A DNA stretch of 64,000 nt, the filler included, from Stramenopiles sp. TOSAG23-6 (taxonomy: Eukaryota), in NCBI GenBank assembly GCA_900128565.1. It is 21 parts of 21 records of this genome, joined end to end, with 100 filler letters (N's around TTAATTAATTAA, not from the genome) between each part and the next. Parts side by side here need not be neighbours in the genome. Positions count along the whole stretch, not along the records: positions 1 to 2,983 come from LT637715.1; positions 3,084 to 6,065 come from LT637716.1; positions 6,166 to 9,143 come from LT637717.1; positions 9,244 to 12,220 come from LT637718.1; 17 more parts are not named here. One strand, 5' to 3'. A model generated the notes under the pieces. That model saw only the letters and a list, made by a program, of their open reading frames with translations, did not search any database and was not told the DNA's origin. The translations under genes were made by a program, and so were the position numbers. Positions 1-12,320 of the stretch are shown here, in pieces. Numbering within the stretch: the stretch's first letter is position 1; each line of letters begins with the position of its first letter.

Positions 1-66
1 TTCATACGAAATTTTGTACCTAACAAATTTTAGTTTTTTTTTTTGAAATATTTTTTCAAAATACAT

Positions 67-1309
67 GCATGCTACAAATGCTGGCAATGTCCTAATGGCT
101 ATTGTAAGCCATCAATTACAAAGACAAAATTTTAGAATGAATAATACTAGATTATTAGAAGCAAGTGTTTATAGAAAAACATCGAATGATACAATCAAAG
201 ATGAATCTTCAAATACAGTCTCAAAAGGTTGGAACGAAGCTGTCACGTCTGTATTGAACTGTTCCACTGGCCCTCAAAGCTCACAATATAGTTCACATCT
301 TACCATAAATACGGATTATTTTTCACATAATGAAAATATAGCAGTTGTATATAATACTACTACTAATAATGATAATAGTAAAAGTAATTTGAAACATAAA
401 TTAATAGTTGTAGAAGACAATAATACAAAAGAAACAAAAGAAACAAAAGAAACAGAAAGAGAAAAAACAGAAAAAACAGAAAAAACACAAAAATGTGATA
501 CTCAATTTGATGCATTATTGTGGCCCTCTCGAATTGCTATTTTATCAATTTTAGATTTGTTTCTATGTCGAAACCCAACTACTTCCATCAATTACCTCTG
601 GGAGTATCAACTAGTCAATAAACAAAGTCGAAATTCAGTAGGTACTAAATGTAACACAACTTCTACTATTTCAAATATGCAAAATAGAACGACTCCAATG
701 ATTAATATAAATACAAATAATACAAATATTACTACTACAAATAATTCTAAACATAAAACAAATATTGATATTATATTTGAATTGCTACACGAAAAACGAA
801 CTGCCGAAATTGCAATAGCTATGTTATTCCATATTTTATGTGCAGCTACACAAGCTCCTATAACAATGAGTGATGTAAAACGTGTTGTTACCAATCGAGC
901 ACAAGCAACATGTATGACGAATTTCATATCAATTTTGAATTTATTTTTTTTTTTTTTTGAAAATTTTTTACCTAACAATTTTTTTAATTTTTTTTCCGAA
1001 ATATTTTTTCATAGTCCATTGACAGTAGCTTCGGCGACATCATTAAGTGCGTATGAAACAGCTATGAAATTTTCAGAAGTTTTACTCATCAAACAATTTT
1101 GTCAAAAATTACAAAACATTCAGAAACAAAAATTAGAAATTGTTGTTTTATATATGTTAGCTGGTCTCCGAGCATTTATATCGCGAGATAGATCAATTTC
1201 TAGTATATGGCCATTTATAAATCATAACTCTAATCACTCTGCACCAAATGTACATTTTGAAAATAATCATAAAAATCATAAAAATCATAAAAATTATCAT
1301 CTACCGTCT

Positions 1310-1343
<34 letters not shown>

Positions 1344-2924
1344 CTACTACTACTACTTCTACTACTACTGCTACTACTACTACAACAAAAACAACAAATC
1401 AATACGTATCTGGAGAATCATTAATGTCACAAAGAAAAAACGTCTGGTTAGAGAATAAAATTTATTCTCATCTAGCAAAATTATGTACGGTATATAAACA
1501 TCAAGGAACATTGAATCATTCCAGACTTTTCCGTGAAGTATTAATTTGTTTAATGTCATTGATGAGAGCAAGCTGGCAAGCTCAGCAAAGATTTTCTGAA
1601 GAGGTCGGATATCGTCGCTTACGTCAGCTACTATTAAAAAGTGAAAAAGACCCATCACCGATTTTATGTTCTATGTTAATGTACGTTTATCGTTTTTAGT
1701 AAGAATTTTTAGTACAATTTGTTTTTTATATACAAAATTTCGTACCTAAACGTTATTTGTTTTTTTTAGGTCAATATTTTTTCACACTATATACGTATGC
1801 TTAATGATTGCACTGCTAGAGTTTGTCATGTGAAAATTATTCCACTTTTATTTAAATTATTACCTCATATTAGTGACGTCACTCGTCAATTGGATGTTGT
1901 TGTTCATTTAAAATTAGCTTTATTTGGAAGTCGCTCTATACCAAATATGTCTGAATGTAGTAGAATAGAACCTCCTCTTATAGATCAATTAATTGATGCG
2001 TTACCTAGACTCGATGCAATTGTTCAAAAATCAATGATTTTAGATTTACTTGGGTCTTTAGGAAATTGTATGTTTTATTTTATTTCAATTTCAAATTTGT
2101 TTCTTTCATACGAAATTTCGTACCTAACGATTGTTTTGTGATTTCTTGTTTTTTCACAATACATATTTGCTTACAGTCTCTCAAATGAAACGTTTAATTC
2201 AACTTATGCAACATAGAGGTCAATTTCAAAGTGCATTGGCTCCACTCATAATGGAAGCCTTACAATCAATGATTAGTATGAGACATGATGGTCCTCAACA
2301 TTGGTTTGAATTAGATGGTATTGCTTCCGGATTGGATATTTCATATGTATCATGTCCTACTTGGCAATCCCTCGATATAAAAAAAAACAAAAAAACAGGA
2401 TTACCATTTTGGCCCGTTCGTGGGTATGTTTAATTCTTTTCAATTTCGAATTTGTTTTTTTTTTATTTTTAGTACGAAATGTTGTACCTAACAAAAAACA
2501 TTTTACGGAAAAAAAAAAAAATATTTTTTCACAGTACATGTACTCTTTAGCACTTTGGTTACGAGTTGAACCTCCTGAAAGGGTTATGTCTACAACAATG
2601 AATGTATCGAATATTTTTCGATATCAACATAATAATGATGATAATAATAATAATAATAATCAACAAAATAATAATAATATTAACAATCAACAAAATAATA
2701 ATAATAATAATAACCAACAAAATAATAATAATAATAATCATTTTGAAAATAATAGAAAAGTTTTATTCAGTTGTGGTGATAAAAATGGAAATGGGGTTGA
2801 AGTATTCTTAAATTCTTTACGCATTGGAGTTCGAATTATAGAGTATAAAAAAGATATAATTTTATTGTCACCTCTTGAAGCAGCACTACCCGCATCAAAA
2901 TGGACTTTTGTTGTGATTCAACAT
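67..2924 (+). CDS. BEACH/neurobeachin-like protein, internal fragment with ConA-like domain; introns 912-1019, 1681-~1792, 2068-2164, 2424-2539, 2925-gap
   Basis: Spliced LGNYLLTVSQMKRL, GPQHWFELDG..SGL and WPVRGYSLALWLRVE, KWTFVVIQH resemble the N-terminal region of BEACH proteins. Confidence 0.65.
2424..2539 (+). mobile_element. Family intron, GT..AT (116 nt)
   Basis: cgt gg|GTATGT...CAGTACAT|g tac gives WPVRGYSL; shifting the register by -1 or -2 replaces the Gly with Val or Met. Confidence 0.85.
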
Positions 2925-2983
2925 GTACTTTTTTTTTTTAACAAAAAAATCGATTTTTTTTTTCGTACGAAATTTTGTACCTA

Positions 2984-3083
2984 NNNNNNNNNNNNNNNNN
3001 NNNNNNNNNNNNNNNNNNNNNNNNNNNTTAATTAATTAANNNNNNNNNNNNNNNNNNNNNNNNNNNNNNNNNNNNNNNNNNNN
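2984..3083. other. Artificial contig spacer Ns-TTAATTAATTAA-Ns (first of 20, every ~3.05-3.08 kb)
   Basis: Identical 12-mer with stops in all six frames inside N runs; contigs between spacers shrink steadily from ~2982 to ~2945 nt. Confidence 0.98.
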
Positions 3084-3147
3084 AATTTATTTTTCGTACG
3101 AAATTTTGTACCTAACGATTTTTTTTTTAAATATTTTTCCAAACAAT

Positions 3148-3643
3148 ATGATCCGAAAGGTTTGTACATACGCAGATGGTGTCCTGAGCTTCGTGACAAA
3201 TCTGACTCTCAAATACATGAACGATACACAACAATTACTACAGTTGGACTTCCAGGTATTTTAAATTTATATTTTTTCAATTTCAAATTTATTTTTATAG
3301 TTGGACTTCCAGATATTTTAAATTTATATTTTTTCAATTTCAAATTTATTTTTATTTGTACATCATCATCCAAATGTAGTAAATATTTTGACTAATATAC
3401 CTAACAAAAAAATTTAAATGTGACATATTTATCAAAAATATATGAATACCACCTTTGGAATCAAAATGGAATCCTCAAAGTTCAAAACGTTCTAAAAGTT
3501 CGAAACGTTCAAAGAAGGGTAAAAACACGTGGATCCAGAGGCGNGATGCTGTAAATGTCGGTACTTCAATGAAAAGCGAAGTGACTCAGCAGAGGAATAA
3601 CCGCGGCAAACCAAGGCGTAGAAAAGTTCAAGGTGCTTGGTGA
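3148..3643 (+). CDS. Cryptochrome/photolyase family, C-terminal fragment (probable intron ~3256-3443)
   Basis: YDPKGLYIRRWCPEL...QIH motif of the FAD-binding domain end; last exon frame is inferred. Confidence 0.65.
3242..3355 (+). repeat. ~57-bp direct tandem duplication spanning an exon end/intron start
   Basis: AGTTGGACTTCCAG(G/A)TATTTTAAATTTATATTTTTTCAATTTCAAATTTATTTTTAT twice. Confidence 0.85.
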
Positions 3644-3820
3644 GTCATTGTTTTTGAATAAATAAAGAAATAAATTGTTAATGATTAAAAATGAAATTTC
3701 CAACGGTGGCAGTTATAAAATGTCATTTTTCCAAAAATTCGAATTGCTTCGAATTGTATTGTTTTTTCATATGTAGATTGGTAGTACTTATGCCAGTACC
3801 ATTTCCTCCACAGCCTGTCG

Positions 3821-4471
3821 ATGGCCGACGGGGAACGCCAGCTTGATGAATCAAATGCTGAGGTTAAATACGACCGTTCGGTCTTTGACAGACATGACTA
3901 CTGGTCCGGAGCTGGTTACGATCCTCCTGGCGAGACGAGATTGAGCGATGGTACTAGGCACCCCTTGATTCAAGCACTACGNAATGCCTTGATCCCGCAC
4001 CTTGATGAGGACGACTTTAGAGGGCCATACGGTGATAACGGGCCCGTGACTCCAGAATTCTTCAACATTTTTGCANCAAAAGAGCTTTCAAGTCTGATTA
4101 TGGGTGATGATTGGCTCCAAGATTCTCAAAGACGGNGCCTCGTCAGTAGTGGTGGCAGAGGCGGCGACATCGGCATTGGTGGCGGAGATGGCGATGGAAT
4201 TGATACCTCGATGTTTCCCAGNGGCAACAGTGAAGAGTTATTCGAGATCTTCGATCAGCTCAAGCCGGAGCACATGAGCGATTGGTTTGAAGACATCGAA
4301 AGTGCCGCTGCCATCCAAGCGCTCACACTGCTCAATGGTGCCAAGTCNGGCGNGGCATTCACTTACGTTCGTTACATCAAAAATACTGGCAACCACTACA
4401 GCATTGGGGTCGGTGTAGTTGACAGCGGTGGTTGGGTGGTGGGTTTTAGAGCTTGTCCCGTGATGTTTTGA
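3821..4471 (+). CDS. Intronless acidic hypothetical protein (216 aa), weak NuiA-like C-terminus
   Basis: Clean ATG-to-stop ORF, GC-richer than flanks; similarity judged by eye only. Confidence 0.6.
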   Translation: MADGERQLDESNAEVKYDRSVFDRHDYWSGAGYDPPGETRLSDGTRHPLIQALXNALIPHLDEDDFRGPYGDNGPVTPEFFNIFAXKELSSLIMGDDWLQDSQRRXLVSSGGRGGDIGIGGGDGDGIDTSMFPXGNSEELFEIFDQLKPEHMSDWFEDIESAAAIQALTLLNGAKXGXAFTYVRYIKNTGNHYSIGVGVVDSGGWVVGFRACPVMF

Positions 4472-4922
4472 TAATAGTACTGTGTCCTGCTGTATTACAT
4501 ATCGTTGCCTGTGCGATTTCTGATATGTAAAGTATCCAATTCATCTCTTTACAATCTNTACAATCTGTACTGAAGATCCAATTCATCTCTTTTCTCTTTA
4601 CAATTTTTCAAAGCAACCTTAGCTCTAATAGATGCGGTATTGATTATAGTGAATATTGGGGAAACGGATGAATGAAATATAAAAAAATGATTCAATAGTT
4701 CAAAATAAATAAGAAATGATTCAATGTGTAGTTCAATATCAATAGTTATTATTCTACAAATACGTAGTCAAGTAATTTCACAATATATGTTGTGCATTTT
4801 CCCACAGAGATCTGTAATGATAAAAACTGAAAGAGATAATTTGTATCAATAAATAATGCGATATTTTTATTAATGCATTCATTATACAATTTTTTACATA
4901 AATTATTCTTCANAATTTATGA

Positions 4923-5429
4923 TCAATAAGAGTCCGAAGANTCACCCGAAAAGATCGCCGCGTCATCTGTCCACCATTCACCGTTTATATGTTTCTCGAT
5001 AGCATCGTTTGCGAGCTGATCGGCCTTCCAATTCTGGTTTCGTCCAATATGCTTATATGACACATCATCTATCTGTAACCTTTGAATTAAGTCAATTGCG
5101 TTTTCATACAAGTNTCTGATATTTTCACTTCTAACTTGGTAGACCCCGTCCAATTGNTTGATAGCAATCTCAGAGTCACCTCTAATATAAAGTNTATCCG
5201 CATATAANGAATTTTCATCAAAGTATTCTAAACCAGATATCAATCCTTGGTACTCTGCTTGATTATTTGAAACATCATAACCTAGATACTTTTGACCACT
5301 TGCAATTTTATCCGAAACACTGCCGTTAACGTCCATTTCATAGAGAGTCCAACCACAGCCAGCAGGCCCACGAGGGTTATTCCTTGAAGCACCGTCAAAA
5401 GAAAGAATAACTCGGGAGTAGTATGGCAT
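4923..5429 (-). CDS. Stand-alone ribonuclease HI (archaeal/actinobacterial-like type)
   Basis: FDGASRNNPRGPAGCG, SNNQAEYQGLI.GL, IRGDSE, HIGRNQNWKADQLAN: all catalytic acidic residues present. Confidence 0.9.
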   Translation of the reverse strand: MPYYSRVILSFDGASRNNPRGPAGCGWTLYEMDVNGSVSDKIASGQKYLGYDVSNNQAEYQGLISGLEYFDENXLYADXLYIRGDSEIAIXQLDGVYQVRSENIRXLYENAIDLIQRLQIDDVSYKHIGRNQNWKADQLANDAIEKHINGEWWTDDAAIFSGXSSDSY

Positions 5430-5653
5430 GATAATAGTTTTATAAGGTTGTTATAGTGTGTTTGTAGTCATTCAACAGTCCGAATGACCGACTTCGAATT
5501 CATTTTTTTTTTCATTCATCGGCGTTTTTACGTTTTTTTCATCATGATCCGTTACTTTCTCAATTATTAAAAATTCGCACATGCCATGAAGGCAGCGGAA
5601 ATTGTATCAAGATTTCGAGATTGTGAAGGAAAAGTTTCAACAAACAATCTACA

Positions 5654-6065
5654 GTGATGAGACATTTCATTCTTATATGTTTTATTCTGGCGATTTCATG
5701 CAATGCTGCACATGCTTCAGCAGCTATGGACGTTGATGATGATGGCGGCAGAGATAAAAAGAGAAAAAGACGACATACAAAGAGAAAAAGACAACGCACT
5801 CAGGTTGGACATGCAGCTACGACAGCAACCAGAGGTACAAAGAGAAAAAGACAACGCAACCACGACTCCACACAAGAAGAAAGTCCACCAAGTCCCTCAA
5901 AAAGACACCGTGACACCTGGAACCTTGGCGAACTTGACTGGGAACTTGATCTCCCTGAAGTAGATTTTCCATTGATACCATCTCCGCACAATCACAGTCA
6001 CTGCTCCAATTGTCCCTTTTATGTGCTTAACATACACACAGGCTGGTACGTACACCATTTTTGCA
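5654..6065 (+). CDS. Hypothetical protein: signal-peptide-like N-terminus plus KRKR repeats (3' truncated)
   Basis: Hydrophobic N-terminus, repeated TKRKRQR; no family recognised. Confidence 0.35.
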
Positions 6066-6184
6066 NNNNNNNNNNNNNNNNNNNNNNNNNNNNNNNNNNN
6101 NNNNNNNNNTTAATTAATTAANNNNNNNNNNNNNNNNNNNNNNNNNNNNNNNNNNNNNNNNNNNNGAAAAAAAATAAAACATAC

Positions 6185-6854
6185 ATTCATCGGATTGCAA
6201 GTGAGAATTACAATCCCAGCAATCATGTATTCCTTTTCGTAGCTTGTTATCTGTTTCACCATCTAGGGATTTTGTGTTCAAGTGACAAAAGTTGTACAGT
6301 TCTGGTGAAGAGCTTATATGTATCATATCTGCGCAAAAGAAATCTTTTCGTCCTGTTCTCACAATGTCACCAACGACAACTTTAGCCCAAGTAGTTTCTT
6401 CAAATCCTGTTTTATCAGCTTTCATTATAAACGCTGGATGAGCATTTGCTTTAATATCGGCGTTTCGCTTCTTCTTATTCTCAGATATTGTGATAAAAGC
6501 TTGACAGATTAAAACGAAAGATAGAGGTAAAACTGTTCCTGGCTGACCATTAGTCACCGTAATTTGTGGAATAGTTTGCATAATACAAACACAAAGAAAA
6601 TAAAAATTTGCAAACTTTCTTATAGGATGAAGCTGTTCATATAAGAATAAAGGCAAGAAATTCAGATAATTGTATCTAGCTGTTATAACAAAATTTCCCT
6701 TTGGTGGATTCAATTTCGCCTTGAAATTTCTCGCTTTGTCACAACCATAAACAACCTTAGCATCAAGTTTCGATTTCTTCCTTTTCAAAGTACTTTTCAA
6801 AGTACCTATTGACACAGTGCGTTTCTGATTCGACTGTTGGGTATCTTGATGCAT
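6185..6854 (-). CDS. P4-type ATPase (phospholipid flippase), first exon
   Basis: GNFVITARYN..NFLP.FLYEQ, FANFYFL, W..VVVGDIV, ADM, TKSLDGETDNKLR; ends at a family 5' site GTATGT. Confidence 0.92.
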
Positions 6855-7233
6855 TTCGACCTGATTTTATAAAGATCTTACAATGATTAGGACTTGTGTG
6901 TGTGAAATTGAACTAGTTGCTGAGAAACGTATCTGTAGTATAGCTAATAGATACGTGTTTATAAATAACGGCCAAACGGTTGGGAAAATTGGCTAGGGTT
7001 AGGGTTTGAACCACAAAAAGGTATTGATTTAGTATGACTATATAACCCTACTACTATATAACCCTCGCTTAATTTTACTAGTGCGTGTAATTATTGATAT
7101 TATTAGGTTAGTTCCATGAAAAAGACGTTTTTTTCTTAAAAAAAAAACAAGTTTGATTTACTAATACTATCAATAATTACTCATCAAATTTTTATAATCA
7201 AAATTTCTCAGTCATCCTCGGGAGTAATAATCT

Positions 7234-7859
7234 TTAATTTTTTCGTCTTTCAAAATAAATTGCAATTCCAATAGAAGCCATCAAAGTAAAAAAACTGAGC
7301 ACAAGTAACCAACTAGCAGAGCTAGGATGAGTACTCAGATGTACTTTGCCCATTTATCATGCCAAGCAGAAAATCCGATTATAGTGAGTAAGATACTGAT
7401 ACATGTAATTAACCACCAGAGATTAATAGAGCCACATAGATGTAGTGGGAAAAATATTTTTGAAGTCAAAAAATCGTACGATTTTGTTAGGTACAAAATT
7501 TACAATGAAAAAAAAATGAAATTCATTATGAAAAAAATAAATACAGTCATATTTGGTTTCCAGGAGAGGCATACAAAATTTCCAATTTGAGTGAATATAG
7601 ATAAAATACAAAATGCAAGGTAAGCTTGTCCACCGCTTTCATATTTATCTTTATCGCTGCCCATAGAGTTGTAACTTTGACATGTGCCTCCTTGGTGGCA
7701 AAACTTATCCCACTTCAAGTAATACTTTGTATCTGATATCTTTGTGTAACTCAAATTACCATCCACCATTGCACTGAAATGAAATACAAATGCAAGTAAA
7801 AGAACACCGAAAACAATAATATTGCTTTTGATATTACCCAATATTGCAGTCATGGCCAT
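7234..7859 (-). CDS. Small multi-pass membrane protein (claudin-like topology), intron 7440-7544
   Basis: Hydrophobic segments and W..FC...C motif; frame after ~7340 is uncertain (stop or frameshift). Confidence 0.45.
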
Positions 7860-8063
7860 TATGATAAATTAATTGATAGACTTTTAATTCTAAGAATTCA
7901 AGTAAAAACTAATTTCTTCCCCGTATGTATCTTCAAGGGGGTAGTATCTTCCTTCCCGTGGTGGTTACATAACCGCAAAAAAATCTCGAAAATCTCCGAA
8001 ACGTCGGATTTATTTTGAATTGAACAACTACAACGAAAATAATTCACATATATTATTTATTTA

Positions 8064-9118
8064 TTATTTTGTCTGTTTTTTTTTTACAACAGAATTTGCA
8101 AGCGACATTCCACGACTTGACTGTTTCAGTTTCTTCTTCAGGGCTTTATCAAGTGCATTTTGCACTGAAATTGTTTGTCCCATTTTTACTGGCGATAAAA
8201 CATTTTTATCCATAGCTTCTATGTATTTTGGAAAAATATTTCAAAAANNNNNNNNNNNNNNNNNNNNNNNNNNNGTACAAAATTTCGTACGAAAAAAAAA
8301 TCGAATTTGAAAAAAAATGAAACATACATATTCGCACCATACTGAACTAATGCCGTGACTGCCCCACCACAATTCAATAAGCATGCAATATGTAATGGTG
8401 TTCTCCCCTGATTATCAGTTGCTGAAACAATAGGATGAATAATATCTTTTACTTTTTCAATATCTAGACGATTTTTCTCTTTAAGAATTCGTTTTTCTTT
8501 TTCAGTAAGTTCTTTTGGTTTGTCCCATGGATGACTTTGACTGGATGTAGAGTCATTTAATCTTTCACACATTTTGAAAGTAAGTTTTGGGCTTGATGGG
8601 CTTGATGACAATTTACTATCCTCTTTACTCCCCCCTGCATGTATTTCAAGTAACGCTTCACTCTGTATGTGTGCTAAAAGTGCCCTTGTGAGTTCGTTTG
8701 AATGTGATGCACGATGTAAAGCTGTTAGACCGTCTTTGTCTTTTATAACTAGAGAAGCACCGTGCTTAATTAATCGAAGAGCAACATTTTCATTTCCTTC
8801 ATCACAAGCAACCATTAACGGGGTAGTTCCATTAGGAAGACATGCATTAACATTAGCACCTTTATAATTTTGGAAATCTATTTCATTTAACCAATCTGGC
8901 ATCACTCCAGTGATGTTAAACTCTTCCTCCGCTTGAGCGAGAAGACTTTTTTATACAGTGAAAAATATGTCACAAAAAAATCATTAGGTACGGAATTTGG
9001 TACAATTAATTCTTCATTTGAAATGAATAATGAAAACGTATATCTATCTGCCCTCCATCAAGTAAAATCGAGACTAGATCTATATTTCCTTTTAAACAAG
9101 CAATATGTAATGCAGACC
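8064..9118 (-). CDS. Ankyrin-repeat protein, C-terminal part; introns 8951-9041 (AT..AA) and 8221-8327 (GT..AT)
   Basis: SALHIAC..GN, GTTPLMVAC, GRTPLHIAC; splicing yields YGANIEAMDK. Confidence 0.9.
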
Positions 9119-9550
9119 ATGTATTTTGGAAAAATATTTCAAANNNNNNNNNNNNNNNNNNNNNNNNNNNNNNNNNNNNNNNNNNNNTTAATTAATTAAN
9201 NNNNNNNNNNNNNNNNNNNNNNNNNNNNNNNNNNNNNNNNNNNTCAAATTCGTTTTTTTTTTCGTACGAAAGTTTGTACCTAAGAAATTTTAGTTTTTTT
9301 TTTTTTTGAAATATTTTTCCAAAACAAATGTCCCTCGAGCACTTTTAATGTCTCTCCAATATGCAGAAAAATATTTTTCTAAAAATAATATTGAATTTAA
9401 ATCCACTCAGGAATTTCTTTTACATTACTCATAGTACTATATTATATTTAATAAAAAGATAATCTTGATCAATATATTTTTTGTTACGTATGTTTATTTT
9501 TGCACAACAATTTTTTGTCTCAAATTATTCTTATTAATAAAGTTTTTTTC

Positions 9551-12220
9551 TCAAATCATTCTTATTAAGAAAGTTCTAACATCCATTGGTCGTAGTGTAA
9601 CCGTGGGATAGGAAAACGGAATTTGTTTTTCGTATGAATGCTTTTTTACATTTTCAAAATATTCTTCAGTTTCAGCGTTTGCATATTTTGTTTTCCATTT
9701 ATGTTTCGAATGTTGATACTGCTGCCAATCACGATTACCAGTCAAAGTAGTTTCATGGGCTTCGATAACTTTCATACCTGATTGTGCAAATATATTTTCA
9801 AGATTAACTTTGACGGGAAGTGAAAGAATTGGGTGTTCATTTGCTTCATAAAGATGAGATAAACGCAATAAATATTGTCCGTCATTGTACGATGCATAAT
9901 TCGATGTCAACGTAACAAGTTTGACATTATCAGGCAAAGCAGCAGACACAGCACTAAATAATGATCCATATTTAGACAATCCTTCATTTGTAAAAGTCAA
10001 AAGAGGAGGAAAATTTAATGATTCAGAGAGTTTTCGTCTAATTGAATGTACTGATTTGATTGTATCAAATATTAACCAATGTCGCCCTCGCATAGTTAAA
10101 CCTTCAGACATACAACCACCATCACCTTCATGGCCAAATTCGCCCATTTGGCCAGGAGCTGCATGAATGTCGTTACTACATTTAAAAAAATATTAAAAGT
10201 GTGAAAAGATGAGATATTATGTAAATACAAAAAGAAATAGGTATACAAGTGAATAAATATATGTTAACATACCATCCGGACATTGTTTCGTTCAATGCCT
10301 CTTGAACGCCACGAGCATCATCAGCTTGTAATCTTCTATGAACCATAAATTCAAGTTCTCCATCATGTAGTGATGACCCTCCTTGACTAACATCAGTAAG
10401 AATAGCTAGTTCATGATGTATATCATTAATGGACATGAGTGCATTTACAGGGTAATAATTACCTGCGACTGGCTCAGAGATTAAATATGGATGAGGATAG
10501 GTAGGCCCACGTTTGTTTCTCCTTCGCTTTACCATTTCTTTACCATTTGAGTCAGTGTACCATTCTCCTTTACTCTTGAGTCCACTCTTGTAACGAATAA
10601 CAACCTCCTTGCCCCAATTATTTGGCATTGGCTTTCCATTATTGAACGCGACAGGTGGAAACCATGGTGTATCAACTGGTATTGGTCCTGCGGTCCACTC
10701 TAGCTCGACGTATGGCTTCTCATTGTACAAACGAATTACATGAGATGCCCATCGAGAGAATGATTGAATAACTTCCGTGACGACTTCACCATAATTTACT
10801 GATAATGATGGAGCTACTTTTGGTCCAGGATAAAAAAAATTCAGTCGAATTAGGGCGGAAGATATATGCCCCAGATGCTTGTGAAGAGCATGCAGGTTCT
10901 CTAATGCCTACTGGAATACTTGAGTCGTACTGAGTGCAACCACCTATTGAGCTGTTGTACCACCCCCATTGAATTGATAGATCTGTAGAAATACCTGAAA
11001 TCTTGTTGGTTATCTTAGTGACATGTCCATTTTTAAACTCCAGAGAATACATCTCATTTTCAACTGTTCTATCCAATGTACTTGATGTTTGATTGTGACG
11101 TAATAACTGATTATGCACAACGACTAATGGTGGTTCATTGTGCTGAACTGTTTCTGTTTTCTTTGCATGAAAAGCGGCAAGTCCTACGGGTGGAATTTCC
11201 ATATCAAAGACTAGCACATGATCTGCCTTATTTTCGAGTTTCATCTTTTCCATTTTTATTTCAGTCGAATTCATTCCAAATGAATTTAAGTATAAAAGGG
11301 GAAGAGACTTGGTTCGTTCATCAATAGCTATCACTTGACTAGGTAATAGTTTTCCATTTTCAGTTGTCACTTCCCAAAACTTACCATTAACTGGAATTCT
11401 AGCAATGCTTTTAGCTTTATGTGCCCGAGGATTCCATGCTGCAACACCAAACGTATCTATTCCAGTTGTAGCAGCACACATTGTCATATTTAAGCAATTT
11501 CCAGCAGTATGGCAATTACAGTGTTGTATACTGGTAGCATTAACTTTAAGAATTTTACTGATTGCCAATGAAATTCCAGCTTGTACTTCCACACTTGACT
11601 CAGATATCCTTTGTTCATAGTCATCAGCAACAGATTGACGTTCAGTTCCAGACATACCATCATGATGTGTTGCTACTCCAACAGTACCTTCAAGTGAATC
11701 GGTCCATGAGTCACCCACCGTTGGAGATTTTTTCGCTGTAGGACAATGTACCTCTTTTGCAGTAGTTGTTGTTGCAATTTCAAGTTGCCTTGCTGACATG
11801 AGCAAGTTCGTTGCAAACCGAACTTGTCGTTTTAAAGCAGGTCGACTAGTAAAGTAACCTGACCAATAATTGTGGCTACTGTCCAATAGCGGGAAAATAT
11901 CATCAGGGCGTACATTCCATGAAACATTTGAAAGTTTCTTTTGATCAGTGTATATGTATTTTGGAAAAATATTTCAAAAAAAAAAAACTTAAATTTGTTA
12001 GGTACAAAAAAAATAAAACGTACATGGTTGGTGTAGAATAGAATGCATTCACTGTATTATTTAAGTTTACATAATGAATTAATTTATCCATATTTCTATA
12101 CCAATGATCTACATTTTCTTTTCTTTTTCATTAGTTTCATTTGTATCAGCAAATGGAGGGCACGACATCAATGGGAATATCATAAAAGGCCTCGCTCCAG
12201 AAGAAATTGCAATTACAGCG
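9551..12220 (-). CDS. GH38 lysosomal-type alpha-mannosidase (5' truncated); introns 11954-12023 and 10176-10272; homopolymer frameshift ~10835
   Basis: FYSTPTIYTD, YWSGYFTSRPALK, HHDG.SGTE, SGAYIFRPN, YTDSNG, VAGNYYPVN, ELEFMVHRRL..DD.RGV.EALNE. Confidence 0.95.
11954..12023 (-). mobile_element. Short family intron, GT..AT (70 nt)
   Basis: acc at|GTACGT...GTACCTAAC...AAAATACAT|a tac restores GH38 YSTPTIYTD. Confidence 0.88.
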
Positions 12221-12320
12221 NNNNNNNNNNNNNNNNNNNNNNNNNNNNNNNNNNNNNNNNNNNNTTAATTAATTAANNNNNNNNNNNNNNNNNNNNNNNN
12301 NNNNNNNNNNNNNNNNNNNN

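Noticed and set aside
912-1019. Phe/Lys-rich peptides such as FFSYEILYLT, FFVRNFVPN, TKFCT as a repeated protein domain
   Set aside because: They are translations of the intron family, including in-frame copies (912-1019, 36384-36482) that inflate the ORF track.
1310-1395. ACA/ACT, AAT and AGT trinucleotide runs
   Set aside because: Ordinary poly-Thr/Asn/Ser low-complexity coding tracts of an AT-rich protist.
3028-3039. Periodic TTAATTAATTAA palindrome every ~3 kb
   Set aside because: Always inside N runs; an artificial contig linker. ORF tails reading 'LIN' come from it.
7330-7345. In-frame TGA suggesting stop-codon reassignment
   Set aside because: The downstream hydrophobic segment fits another frame better, and TGA, TAA and TAG all end other genes normally.
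8221-8327. Reading the introns as U12-type AT..AC (shifting both ends by -2)
   Set aside because: Possible where AT is duplicated, but it breaks invariant residues at 24081, 56552 and 2424, and the U12 donor RTATCCTT is absent.
10825-10845. Frameshifts in GH38 (and FN3 at ~38930) as programmed frameshifting or pseudogenes
   Set aside because: Single-base shifts in otherwise intact genes, one in an A homopolymer; sequencing error is simpler.
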